This document shows positions 37,050-49,905 of a stretch of 50,891 bases of DNA, one piece after another. The DNA lies in contig NW_021834356.1 in NCBI RefSeq assembly GCF_006345805.1, positions 1-50,891 on the forward strand. Direction: 5' to 3'. Source of the DNA: Octopus sinensis (Eukaryota). Position numbers and translations under genes: made by a program. The notes beneath the pieces were generated by a model. The model saw nothing but the letters and a program-made list of their open reading frames with translations, made no database searches and had not been told where the DNA came from. How positions within the stretch are numbered: the stretch's first letter is position 1; every line of letters begins with the position of its first letter.

Positions 37050-37179
37050 GAACAGCTATTCTGTTATAAATATAACCATAATATTCAAATACACGGTGCA
37101 TGTCTCTCCACTTTGAGGAACCCCCTCCTCTCTCGGTTCCACTCAGCACCAACTACTAAGTCCTGGTCACGAGGAAATG

Positions 37180-37355
37180 ATGCTAAAGTTTTGCCAAGCG
37201 TGCTACCAATTCTGCCAGCTTTATGTTCTGAGTTCAAAAGCTGCCAAGGTCCAGTTTGCCTTTCTTCCTTTGGGGTTCGATAAAATAACTACAAGTTGAG
37301 GACTAGAATGGATGTAATCGACTAGCCCGCTTCTCCCAAACTTTCAGGCCTTGTT
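37180..37355 (+). mobile_element. SINE family A, diverged
   Basis: GTTCTGAGTTCAAAAGCTGCCAAGGTCC..TTTGCCTTTC. Confidence 0.7.
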
Positions 37356-37744
37356 CTTATAATAGGAAACAAAAAAAAAATATTGTAATTTTCATGGATT
37401 TTCCCTCTTCCTCACACAAGGCCTGTGGGTCAGCGAGGTTGCTCTTTTCATATGCCCGGGGGTGGAGTGTGTGTGGAATATGTCGACTCAGAGATCTGGA
37501 ACACAAAAGGATCTGGTCCAATATACTTACAATTCCACTAATTAACAATGGAATGCGACTACGAAAAAAATGAAAGAAAAAAAAATTGACCGTTTTTCTT
37601 CATCGATGGACGAATGGAATGATTACAACACCTTTTAGTCTAACCTGGACTATCACTATCTCAACCAGACTATTGCTTCCACATATTGTTGTAGTCTTCG
37701 AATAATTCCAACACTCTAGCTAGGCGTGAAGGTAAGTATTCCCT

Positions 37745-37893
37745 CTGAACGGAACACCAGTTCGTCGCAGGGTTACCTATAACCAGCCGAGCGGACTGGA
37801 GCAATGTGAATTGAAGTGTTTTCCACAAAAGCACCATACATCGGCCTGAAAATCGTGCCTGCAACATCTTATCCACTAGGCCACGCACCTTCA
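37745..37893 (-). mobile_element. SINE family E
   Basis: GGACTGGAGCAATGTGAA..CCACTAGGCCACGCACCTTC. Confidence 0.7.
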
Positions 37894-38670
37894 CTACCAT
37901 AGACTATGCTGAGCAGAATATCTTCGTTAATCAAGACAGGTGAGATATGAGAGAATATTCCGTTGTTATTTCTTGTAGATCGAGAGCTCGTCTCCCACAG
38001 CGTGAATCATTTCTGCAATATATTATATGATATAGCAACAATTATATGTTAGTTCTGTGACATTTATTATGATTTATCTATTTATAAATACAAGATTATT
38101 AATTGTCTGTTTTAATTTATTCCTTTGCGCTCCTGTGTTAAGATATGACATTAATGTTTATAGGAGATAGGAATATTAATATTCGACTAACATTACATGT
38201 TTAATTCAAATTGACATGCACACATGTCATATTGGGATCTAGATCATAATTTTCTTTTGAACCTATATTGGTTTCAGTCATTAGATTGCGGCCATGATGG
38301 AGCACCACTTTCAAACCTTTAGTTAAATAAATTGATCGCAGGAATTACTGCCGTGTCAGTTACTACCACTAAAGAAGGGTGATTGCCATTAGTTTGCGTA
38401 AAGCTGGTTCCCAATAAGTCAGTCTGCAGCAACAGATGAGGCTAGCATTTGCAAATATGCTGTCAAGTAGTGTTGAAATAAATGCTGGCTGATGGCGAAT
38501 GACTTCTGAATGAAGGACAACTGTGACGCAATATGTAGGAAGTGTGTCTCTTGATTTCAACTAATGACAACATTCTCTAATACTTTTGCATCTGAATGAT
38601 CGCAAGTATTTACGGTTTTCTTTTGTTTTGGATTTACTAGTTTATACGATTTTTGACCGCGCACTCTCTC

Positions 38671-38724
<54 letters not shown>

Positions 38725-38746
38725 ATATCTATCTATCTCATCTATA

Positions 38747-38783
<37 letters not shown>

Positions 38784-38902
38784 CTCTATATATATATATA
38801 TATATATACATATATATAATATAAATATATATACTATATATATATATATATATATAATATATTTACATTTATATATAATATATAACATATATATAAATTG
38901 TT

Positions 38903-38934
<32 letters not shown>

Positions 38935-39022
38935 CATATATATTATATATATAAGAATTTTTGCGTGATGAGATAAAAAACCAAGGCTGTGTAGATATTA
39001 GAACATTTATAGACGGAGGGTC

Positions 39023-39073
39023 TTCCTACACTGTTTTCAGGATATTTATTAATTATATCCCTTCATCAGAGAC
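39023..39073 (-). ncRNA. Hammerhead ribozyme, near intact, in Penelope-like terminal remnant (38960-39145)
   Basis: GTCT CTGATGA a GGGATAT aattaataa ATATCCT GAA(A) ACA g TGT A GGAA; 7-bp stem II; extra A in core. Confidence 0.65.
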
Positions 39074-39174
39074 AGTGTGAGAGGATGGTTAGTAATAATT
39101 AATTTAGATGGGATACAATTCAGGTGGAGGAAAGAAAATAGATGTGACATATATATATATATATATATATTCTT

Positions 39175-39530
39175 TTACACTATTACTCGTTTTTCTTCTT
39201 TCTAAAATGCTGTCATTACTTTCGAGACAGTACTTCTTGATACACGAAACATTTCGCCTGTTTTCATTACGCTAGCGCCTGCCATACGAGCACCAACAAT
39301 TTGAACTCTTTGCAAGACCGACAGATTTGTCATTTTAATGAATTTTAATTACCTTTTGCTAATGATATCTGAAAAGAAACAGCAACTTTAGCAAAACATA
39401 TTAAGCAACACCAATAATAAATCAAAAGACATAAAAATGAACAAGCTTTTGATGGTTTTATAGATATTTCAAAATAATTATGATGCTATGATGCTAGGCG
39501 TTTCCATTATTTTGTCCAACTCCAGCATAT
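39175..39530 (-). mobile_element. Tc1-type transposon 5' part
   Basis: MTNLSVLQRVQIVGARMAGASVMKTGEMFRVSRSTVSKVMTAF (paired-like HTH); TIR-like GGAGTTGGACAAAATAATGGAAAC near 39500-39525. Confidence 0.8.
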
Positions 39531-39540
39531 ATGTATGTTC

Positions 39541-39592
<52 letters not shown>

Positions 39593-40404
39593 CATGCATA
39601 TGTGTATGTATACGCATTTATATATATATGTGGTATGTTTAGCCTGATTCAGGATCTGATGATGGTAATTAGAAAAATCCCTTAGAATATCATCTCCCGC
39701 CCACTGCAATTATAGCCCCATCTTTTAGGGGCAGAGATTATAAACTGCCACGATATGTCTACCTTACATTAGAAACCGAAGAGGGAAACATGCAGAATAT
39801 CCGCAGTTCATAGACCCGGACAGTATTCAAAAGCAAGTGTTAGCCTTCTGGGACATCGCTTTCGAAGACGATTTTCCTTATAAGAGAACATTATTAAAAA
39901 TATGTGTATATTCGATCCCATGAGTTGTAGCTGTGAGTGTAAAGACAGGACCAGTTATTCCCCACGAGTAAAGCTTGCTACAGGAACATCACCAAGCTGT
40001 AATTCGATGTGTAGACAGAGGAACCAGGGTATGGTCGATTCTTTATAGAAGCAAAAGGATGCCATCAACTTTAGTGGAAAAAATTCAAGATAATAGGGTA
40101 CAACGCTGGAAGATATGATGACTGGAAGGATCAGCACGCATCCTGGGTCTCGGTAAATTTCTCAGTTGATCTAGCATAGAAACGAATACCATTTTCTTAA
40201 TTAAAGCTTTAATTAAATAATTAGAGTTTTTAATTATGGTAGGCGATTAAACCGTCGAAAGAAAATTGCGTGTAATTTTGCTAATTGCCGTTCCCTAGTA
40301 GTCATACCGGATTCTGGGATAGTGTAAATAACAAATGATTTAATAGTAAATGAAGCACTTTAGTTACTAAGTGACTAAGGGTTCAATCCCTGAGTCAGTC
40401 AAGC

Positions 40405-40414
40405 TATATATATA

Positions 40415-40476
<62 letters not shown>

Positions 40477-40487
40477 ACATACGTACA

Positions 40488-40548
<61 letters not shown>

Positions 40549-40800
40549 ATAAATAATATATAATATATATATATATAATATATATATATATAATTATATA
40601 TACGTACGTACGTATGTATGTATATATATATATATATATAAATAAATTATTATATATATAATATGTATATATATATATATCATCCATACATACGTACATA
40701 CATATAATATATATATGTAAAAGATATAATATATGTATTATATTTATATATATGATGTATATATATATATATTTATATACATGATATATATATATACATT
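40405..40800. repeat. (TA)n-rich microsatellite
   Basis: Direct reading. Confidence 0.95.
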
Positions 40801-41169
40801 GCGCGCGCTATACTTAAGTACACTGTTTGAAATGTGAAAAGAAAATGTACGAAGTAGCAGAATAACAAATTACTTCTTTCAAATCTTACAGAAGCTCCAG
40901 CAGTTTCGAGGAAGAAAGAGAAGTCATTACCATCGATCCCCGTTCTGGACTGCTACTTATTTAATCATTTAATTGACGCTGAAATAATGAAATTAAAGCT
41001 AAATATGAATAGAAGTTCAGTATGTGGCAAAGTAATTTATTTTCTAAGCCCTAATTATATAATGTAATATTTTGAATACGGCTAAATGGTCCTTTTACAT
41101 ACTGAACACTACTTTGTGAAATTGATTAATAACTAATTATTTTACTCTCAATTATTGATATTATTATTA

Positions 41170-41252
<83 letters not shown>

Positions 41253-41344
41253 ATGTATGTATGTAATATATGTATAATTCCCGTGATCGACCATGCAATT
41301 GGTTGTTATACACACAAGTCGCAATGGGCTTTTTATCGTTTTTC

Positions 41345-41502
41345 GCTATCCTGATCGAGAACTAATCCGTCGCAGGTGAGTGGAGTAGGGCAACGTAAAA
41401 TGAAGTATTTTGCTCAAGAACATGACACGCCGCTCGATTCGGGAATCGAAGCCACGATCTAGCGATAAGGAGTGCAACGACCTAAACACTAGGCCACACG
41501 CC

Positions 41503-41505
<3 letters not shown>
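41345..41505 (-). mobile_element. SINE family E
   Basis: TTGCTCAAGAACATGAC..GGGAATCGAAGCC..CACTAGGCCACACGCCTTC. Confidence 0.75.
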
Positions 41506-41538
<33 letters not shown>

Positions 41539-41944
41539 ATATATATGTATATATACATTATATATATTATGTATGTGTCATAAGTATCTCATTAATATTG
41601 TCAATTAGCTTGAAATTCAAAAGGAACGTTTAAAGCATTGAAAAATTTAAAAAAACAATCAATTTCACCAGGAAGAGCACCCATACCAGGGGGCCTCCTA
41701 GCTTGCACGTATGTGTGTGGGTGGCTTGTGTGTCAGTATATCTATATATCAATGTGTTTATGTACTAATCTGTTTGTGTGGCACGGTGTTTGTGTGTGTT
41801 TACTTTGTACCAGTTGCACGTAACCGAAACAAATACATATGACTAATGAATGAGTCTGAAAACAGCTTGAACTGTAAAGTGGATGCAATATAGTAAAACA
41901 GCTTAGTAAAATAAGCACAAAAATAATCCTTCCATCTATGTTTT

Positions 41945-42760
41945 TCGTCCCTTATTCCTGGGGGCTCCTTGTGTGTGTAGCGACTCAGGCACCTCCTCCT
42001 CCATAGGATGCTATCAGATACAATCGTCATTAGATTTCCCGACTGGATTCCCAGGCGTAACCAACTGAGGCCATGGATTTTATCCAACCATTTCGTACTT
42101 TTTCTACCCCTAGGTTTCCTTCCGGTTTGCCCAGCTTGAAAAACCTTTCTTATTTCTTTATTGTCCACAAGGAGCTAAACATAGAGGGGACAAACTAGGA
42201 CAGACAAAGGGATTAAGTCGATTACATCGACCCCAGTGCGTAACTGGTACTTAATTTATTGACCCCGAAAAGGTGAAAGGCAAAGTCGACCTCGGCTTGA
42301 AGAACCCTTGCGATTCTTGAAGAACCCTCCTCAGCTTGAGGAACCCTTCTTGCGATTCTTTCCTGCGACATTCTAATCACATATCTGTAGTACCGGAGCT
42401 GTGATCACTCAATGCGAAATACACTCGACTGCAGGGGCTCCCCGGTCTCCGAGCTACGCATCCTGTCATGTGATGCCACTCCAGAGACCCATCAAAGAAC
42501 CCCATTTTCGCCGTTTACTTTTGCGATCGTACTTTTTTAGCCATTACCCAACAATCACGACCATAGTTGAGAAGGATAGGCACGAAAACCAAACTGAAGA
42601 TAGCAAGTTTGGTTTCTGAACCAACTTCCATTTTGTGGATTGAATGCTGGAATTGGGGCATTACGTTAGTAATTTTAGTATTAAATTCATCTTCCTGCTT
42701 CTTGAATGCGGCCTCGAGATACATAAACTTCTCCACTTGTTTCTATTGTTCCACTAACAT
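41945..42760 (-). mobile_element. RTE-clade LINE 3' fragment interrupted by SINE A (42150-42296)
   Basis: EKFMYLEAAF..KLAIFSLVFVPILLNYGRDCWVM..QLRYYRYVIRMSQERIARRV..GRKPRGRKSTKWLD..LSWLRLGI. Confidence 0.88.
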
Positions 42761-43171
42761 GCAGAATGTACTGGAAATACTTTCTTGAGAGTATTAGCGC
42801 TAATTTTAATGAATATTATTGACTTCTAAGGACATTTCGCTATGCATGCATTATTTAGCTATGCAAGTATTACTCACTACAAAGTATATTAAACGTTTTT
42901 ATAAGCCAATACTATGTTCTAGTGTGTTAGCAGTGCTATTAAGTCACTTGTTAAGGTTTTTCTCTACAGCATTTTTCAATAGAAATTATAACCAGCACCG
43001 ATTTGTAACGACGTTTCAAGGATGGCTAATGGGTTAAATGGGTACTGATTAAGAAACAAGTACTCCTCAATTACGGCATATACAACCATTATACATTTTT
43101 CATCTCTGATCTCATTGTTGGTTACATTAGGCGTACTTGGATTCGAAACGTCGTTAGAAAATAGGTGCTCT

Positions 43172-43580
43172 TTACTCTCTTTACTCTTTTACTTGTTTCA
43201 ATCAATTGACTGTGGCCATGCTGGAGCACCGCTTTTAGTCGAGCAAATCAACCCCAGGACTTATTCTTTGGAAGCCTAGTACTTATTCTATCGGTCACTT
43301 TTGCCGAACCGCTAGGTTACGGGGACATGAACACACCAACATCAGTTGTTAAGCGATGTTGGGGGGCAAACACAGACACACAAACGTATACACACACATA
43401 CATATATGTATACATATATACGACGGGATTCTTTCAGTTTCCGTCTACCAAATCCACTCACAAGGCTTTGGTCGGCTCGAGGCTATAGTAGAAGACACTT
43501 GCCCAAGGTGCACGCAGTGGGACTGGACCCGGAACCATGTGGTTGGTAAGCAAGCTACTTACCACACAGCCACTCCTACG
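43172..43580 (-). mobile_element. SINE family D, full-length
   Basis: Best-conserved D copy. Confidence 0.9.
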
Positions 43581-43814
43581 TCTGCTAGCTATAATTTCTA
43601 TAAACAATCTAAAGAGATAACCTTAACAAGTTATTAATTAATGTAAACAGTAACAGTCTAAGGGAGGAAAGCATTGGTTGAGCAATGGTTAATGAAGCTT
43701 AAAAGAAAACTCCAAATTATCTAATTAGTTGATGCACTGAAACGGTAAATTAAAACTGGACACCAGTGATTAGGAAAGGAATTGTTTAACTAGTTATTAT
43801 TGGTAAACAGGGTC

Positions 43815-44476
43815 AGGAAGAAACAATGTGCTTCCATGAAATTCTGTTTTCTGCTGGGGGGAAACTGCGGCCAAAACAGTGTCATGCTTCAAACTGATTA
43901 TAAGGACGCTACAGTGAGCAAAACAAGTTTTCGAGTGGTTTTTACGCTTTAGGAATTGTCACTTGTCGCATGAAGACCAATCTCGTTCAGGACGACCGTG
44001 GACATCTCGAACGAAGGAAAGCATCATGAAAGTTCATGAACTGATCTTGGAGGATCCACACCAAACAATTGACAAACTTGTTGATATGACGGATGTGTTC
44101 TAGAGGTCCTGTCAACGAATTTTGAGCGACGAATTGCGAATGAAAGAGTTGCAGTAAAATTTTTACCTCACTTGCTTACAGAAGATCAAAAGCAGTCATG
44201 ACAGAATGCATGTTGTGAACTGAAAGAACAGTCGGGAGTTGATCCGGACTTTTTTCCGAAGGTCATCACTGGTGACGAAAGCTGGTGCCATGGAATTTGC
44301 AGATGTGGAAGAGGCGAAGAAAAAACGGCATCACATCGAACAGTGGAAAACGGGTCTGGACCGATTCATTGCTTCAAATGGAGAATGCTTTGAAAGCGAT
44401 AAAAATGTAAACCTGTAAAACTAAGTGAATAAAATAATATTGCAAAATTCCGGTTTCTTTTTGGCACACTCTCGTA
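43815..44476 (+). mobile_element. Internally deleted mariner
   Basis: MKFCFLLG..RSGRP..RVAVKFLPHLLTEDQKQ..VITGDESWCHG joined to C-terminal EQWK..FIASNGECFE; right TIR ends GCACACTCTCGTA. Confidence 0.85.
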
Positions 44477-45417
44477 CACTCCATGCCTTAAACTGATGAA
44501 ATTTCGAACTCTTCCCCACCCTACTACTCTTTCCTCCTCTTTCTTTCTCCTATTCGTTCATACACCTCCCCGACCACTTCCGGCCACTGATTACACAACA
44601 ATAAAATCCACGCCATTTTCTATTCTTCTCTATGCTCAGCAAGTAAAGGGGGTGGGGGTCATTCTGTTGATATCAGCTGCTCCAAATCTTTGGTAAATAA
44701 AACACGGGAAGGTTCAGAGGAGATCTTAGCTTGTGTACGAAACCAAACTGCTCTGTTATTATGTTTTTTTTTAAACATTTTAAACATTGGGGTTATCATC
44801 TTTGATTGCTGCATTAAATTTTGAAACCCGTTGGGCGATTCTGTCGACTAATTGCAAGGATAACTATTATTAATGGAAGTTTTCCAAATTAGTATATTAA
44901 ACATGCGAAGAACTACATACACACACACACGCATTGATATGTACACACATACGCGTACACTCAAATGTACACACATACGCGTACACATACACACACACAC
45001 TCAAATGCATTCACACACACACACACACGTTTATGCTTTGGCCTGCCAGAAAATGTTTACCGAGCACTCTCTTACACCAACAGTAGCAATATCACCGCCA
45101 CAATCATCACCACCACCGCCACTAAAACCACCACCGCCAATAACAACAACAACAACAACAACAGCAACAACAACAGCACCATCAACAACAATATTCATTA
45201 TTCATATTTTAACTTTGATTCACAGCTGTTAAAAATATAAACTGTTAACTTCAGAATTACATGAAAGTTCTTCAGCTGTTGTACTGTTGTGCGTGTGTAC
45301 ATATATGTGCATACACACATACATACATACATACATGCATACATACATACATACATACATACATACATACATACATACATACATACATACATACATACAT
45401 ACATACACACACATGTT

Positions 45418-45457
<40 letters not shown>

Positions 45458-46377
45458 ACACAGACACATATATATATACATACACACACACATATATATA
45501 TATATACATATACACACGCATGATGTATATTAATGATTGCGTGTGCATGTATACATGTTTTGGTGGTAGATTTGTGGGAACCAATAATCAATTGTTCTGA
45601 TATAAAATATATACAAAACAACTTTAACAATATTTGCCTTTTATTCATGCCCCACCCCGCCTCCACTCTGACTTACATATTTTCCCATATTTTCAATATA
45701 TTTACTGTATTTCATCATAAGTAAGTTAGCTGGATCTATCTTCCGTGTCGTTTATTTTTATCTTTCTTAAACATAGGCGGAAAACATACTGGAAAATGTT
45801 TCGACCCCGGCTGATGACATACATCTCAAACTAACACATCGAAATATTAGTGTACGTCCCGGATTAAGGTAATGCATAACCATATCTGCTCTGTGTGATG
45901 TATTCTATATTTTCCATTTCAGTTCCGTTTTGCTATTTCGATATTTTTATCCGTGTTTTCAATAATAATGTTGAAATTATTACAAAGAAAATAATACTTT
46001 ATCTTTTGATTAATGAAGATGTGTAAAGTGAATTTGTTAACCTCATGTATTGCGACTGAAATCGTTTGAATATTTTAAGCTTATGTAATTTCCCAGCTGA
46101 GGACTTATGAGAGGCTTTCAACAACTTTTAGCTGCTCATATATAATGCATTCGAAATATTCTCATCTTTAGCTTCGTTCAGTTAATGTCGACCTATCCGA
46201 AGGTTAATGCATTATAGATTATTATAGTATATGTATGTATGTATATATATGTGTAATATATATATATATTAATATATATATATATTATATATATATATAT
46301 ATAACCATGAGGCTGGGAAGCACCTTCTTACACACACAGCCACTCCTGCAAAAATGAGCAGACACCCACACACACAC

Positions 46378-46431
<54 letters not shown>

Positions 46432-46656
46432 GCGTGCATGTATATTTGTTTGTATGCATGCGTTTATATATGCATGTACGTATGCAAACAGGAATGGGGA
46501 TCTTGAAATAGTATATGCAAAGAGAATTCAGAAGTCATCGTTATTTTACAGAAAATTACGCTCTTCTCAATGGGCCCAATGATGCGACTGAAATTACTGT
46601 TTTCAGAACCATATATTTTGTGTATTTTGTTGTATGACTGTGGAACTTGGAAATTA

Positions 46657-47330
46657 TATAGGGTATCTCAAAAGACACTTCCTTAACTATACAAATACGT
46701 GTCTGAAATTTTGATACAATATAAAGTCAAATTTTGTAACAACACTACATCACATATGAAAAATGACATCGCTTAAATGGCAGCCATTTTCGACTTCGCA
46801 CACCCATGCTCTTTCAAAAACTTGCGCCATAACACCCTTAAAAGCTTCACACTCCACTTCTCTGATTTTTCTACTGATGTTCTCCTTCAGTTGCACCAGG
46901 GTTTCCGATTTGTTGACGTAAACCCTTACTTTCAGGTATCCCTACAAGAAAAAATCCGGGTTTGTCAACTCTGGGGAACGTGAAGGCCAAGTTGACATTG
47001 CCGTAGTGGGAGATTATTCTTTCTCCAAAGCATTGCCTTAGCAACTGCATCGTTTCTCTTGCGGTATAAGCAGTTGCCCCATCTTGCTGGAACCATGGAT
47101 GAGGTCTACTTTGAATGGCCAACTGTTGTGAAGGAGCTTTTTTCAGTAAAAGTGTCTTCGTCGGCTGTTTTCATATATTCCGGAGAATCTACGAATGATG
47201 TTGAACTCTTGGCGATAACAAACGTTGTAAGAAATAGATAAGCTGTTTTGTAACGTAAGAGGTTACGCAGTTCAAATGGAAGATATACGAATTCCAAAGA
47301 TACCACAAAAGTGCTGCCTGATCGAAGGAA
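46657..47330 (-). mobile_element. DD41D (rosa/Visitor-type) Tc1/mariner 3' half
   Basis: WFQQDGATAYTA..WPSRSPELTNPDFFL*GYLK, 41 spacing after removing one base; terminus TATAGGGTATCTCAAAAG. Confidence 0.85.
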
Positions 47331-47384
47331 GAACAACGCACTCAGAGTGAGTTATGGAACTACTGGATTTCATAAAGTGCCATC

Positions 47385-47580
47385 ATCCACTTGTTTCAGT
47401 CACTGGACGGTGTCCAGGATGGGGCATCACTTTGAAGGGTTTTTTAGTCGAACGAATTGACCACAGTACTTATATTTTTTAAAGACTTGTACTTATTCTA
47501 GCGGTCTCTTTTGCCGAACTGCTAAGTTATGGGGACGTAAATAAATAGCTGTTGTGAGACAGTAGTCGGAGACAAACACA
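47385..47580 (-). mobile_element. SINE family D, 3' half
   Basis: TTGTTTCAGTC..TACTTATTC..TTTGCCGAAC..GGGGACGTAAA. Confidence 0.75.
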
Positions 47581-48065
47581 TACATACACACACGTACATA
47601 CACACACACACACAAACACCACACACACACACATACAAACACACACACCACACACACACACACACATATATATATATAAGTTCAATTAGAAGTTAAATAA
47701 GCCTCATTAAGGTATAATAATTCCCAATTAATTTACTGGTTTCTTACCTATTATTTATTTTGAATATTAGATTTGATATCAATTTTTTATAAACATATTT
47801 ACCCTTATATTAATTTGATACTTAAATATACTGTTTATTACTAAATATTACTATATATTATTTCTCTTTATACTTTTAATGTAACCCAAAGCATATTATA
47901 TAATTTTTTATACCTACTTCTCTAAACATACTACCTCCTCCACACCTTATAAGGTTTATACCAAGTTTTTTTTCTATAAACCAATACTCAGCCGAAATGC
48001 TCCACACACTTAACACATACAAATATAACTATGTAATGGTATATAATGGTATATCTTTTTTCTAC

Positions 48066-48142
48066 CTCCGACGAGACTCAACTTTATAATGGTTTAAATA
48101 TTTCAATTAATTTTTAAAGTCTGAATTGAAACAGTTGTCAGA
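48066..48142 (+). ncRNA. Degenerate hammerhead (U4-to-C, long stem II)
   Basis: CT CCGACGA GACTCAACTTTA..TAAAGTCTGAATT GAA ACAG/TTGT C AG; GUC site. Confidence 0.5.
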
Positions 48143-48167
48143 AATTATGTCTATTTTTGTAATTATT

Positions 48168-48207
<40 letters not shown>

Positions 48208-48294
48208 GAAAAACCACTATTATGTAATTCAAACAATGATAGACCTTCCTCTATTTTGGGTAAGCGCAATGTTGTGAGCCATCACTCATAACCT

Positions 48295-48490
48295 TTATCG
48301 CAACAGAGTGTTCTACCTATCCCTTTATTTGTGTGTGAATGGACCCCAATATTCAACTGGTACTTTAGTTATCGATCCTGGAAAGATAAAAGGCAAACTT
48401 GACCTCGTCAGGATTCGAACTCAAGGAACTGTGAGCCGCAATAAATAATATACAACATTCTGTCCAATGCTCTAATGATTCTGCCAGTTC
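48295..48490 (-). mobile_element. SINE family A, diverged
   Basis: AACTGGTACTT..AAAGGCAAACTTGACCTCG. Confidence 0.7.
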
Positions 48491-48821
48491 GTAATTATCC
48501 TCCGGGTATTAAGGACATGAGGCCTTAATCACATGCAGCAGCTGTTGCATGAGTCTTTAATCACACAATTATCGCAAGAGTTGCTGGTCTTTAGTTATAC
48601 AATTATACCATGGTTTATGCGAGTCTTTCATCTCAAAATTACAGCAGGTGTTATATGAATTTTTAATCATATGATTACGGCATGAATTCCATGATACAAA
48701 ATTTTAGACCAAAGAAATACGTGGAGAAAAGTCAAACTAATTTCCACTGGTTTTACCATTTCTCTCAGATAAAATTAATTTTCAGAATACGTACAACGCC
48801 CTGTAATTTGGGTGGTAAGCA

Positions 48822-49225
48822 TAAGTGGCTGTGTGGTAAGACGCTTGCTTCTCAACCACATGGTTCTGGGTTCAGTCCTATTGCGTGGCACCTTGGAGAA
48901 ATGTCTTCTATCATAGCCTTGGGCCGACCAAAGCCTTGTGAGTGGATTCGATAGACGGAAACTGAAAAGAAGCCCGCTATATATATATATTTATATGTAT
49001 GTGTGCATGTGTGTGTCTTTGTGTCTGTGTCTGTCCTCCATCGCCACTTGACAACCGATGTTGGCGTGCTTAAGTCCCCGTAACATTGCGGTTCGGGAAA
49101 AGACACCGATAGAATAAAAACCTGGCTTTAAAAAAACGTACTGAGGTCAGTTCATTAGAACAAAAATTCTTGAAGGCGGTGCCCCAGTATGGCCGCAGTC
49201 TAATGACTGAAAGAAGTACAAGAAG
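48822..49225 (+). mobile_element. SINE family D, full-length
   Basis: TGGCTGTGTGGTAAG head to ATGACTGAAA tail. Confidence 0.9.
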
Positions 49226-49469
49226 ATAGGTAAATTGGTCCCAGTTTTAGTATTTTATTTTATTGCTCCCGGAAGGAAGAAGGTCCAAATGTACTCCACA
49301 GTCAGTTGAACTCAAAATGACCCGAAGACTCCCCATCAAATACCACGGTATATTCAATCGTGGGTGTCATCCGCTCTACCAATTCGCAATACCTTTCGGA
49401 AACGAAAACATTTACAAAGTAAGAACAATATTATGTGGCAAAGCTCTCATACACTCGCATACTCGCTTA

Positions 49470-49525
<56 letters not shown>

Positions 49526-49559
49526 TATTTTCTACTCTAGACACAAGTTCCGAAATTTT

Positions 49560-49905
49560 TGTGGCGGGGTCAGTCGATTAGATCGATCCCGGTACGCAAC
49601 TGGAATTTAATTTATCGAACTTGAAAGGACGAAAGGCAAAGTCGACTTCGGTGGAATTTGAACACAGAACGTAACGGCAGACGAAATACCTATTTCTTTA
49701 CTACCCACAAGGGGCTAAACACAGAGGGGACAAACAAGGACAAACGAAGAGATTAAGTCGATTAGATCGACTTCAGTGCGTAACTGGTACTTAATTTATC
49801 GACCCTGAAAGGACGAAAAGCACAGTCGACTTCGGCAGAATTTGAACTCAGAACGTAAAGACAGACGAAATACCGCAAAGCATTTCGCCCGGCATGCCAG
49901 CTCGC
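49560..49905 (-). mobile_element. Two tandem SINE family A copies
   Basis: Repeated GAAAGGACGAAA..AGTCGACTTCGG..GAATTTGAAC. Confidence 0.9.

Noticed and set aside
45790-45850. GTTTCGAC..CTGATGA motif
   Set aside because: Core halves are on opposite strands or lack stems.
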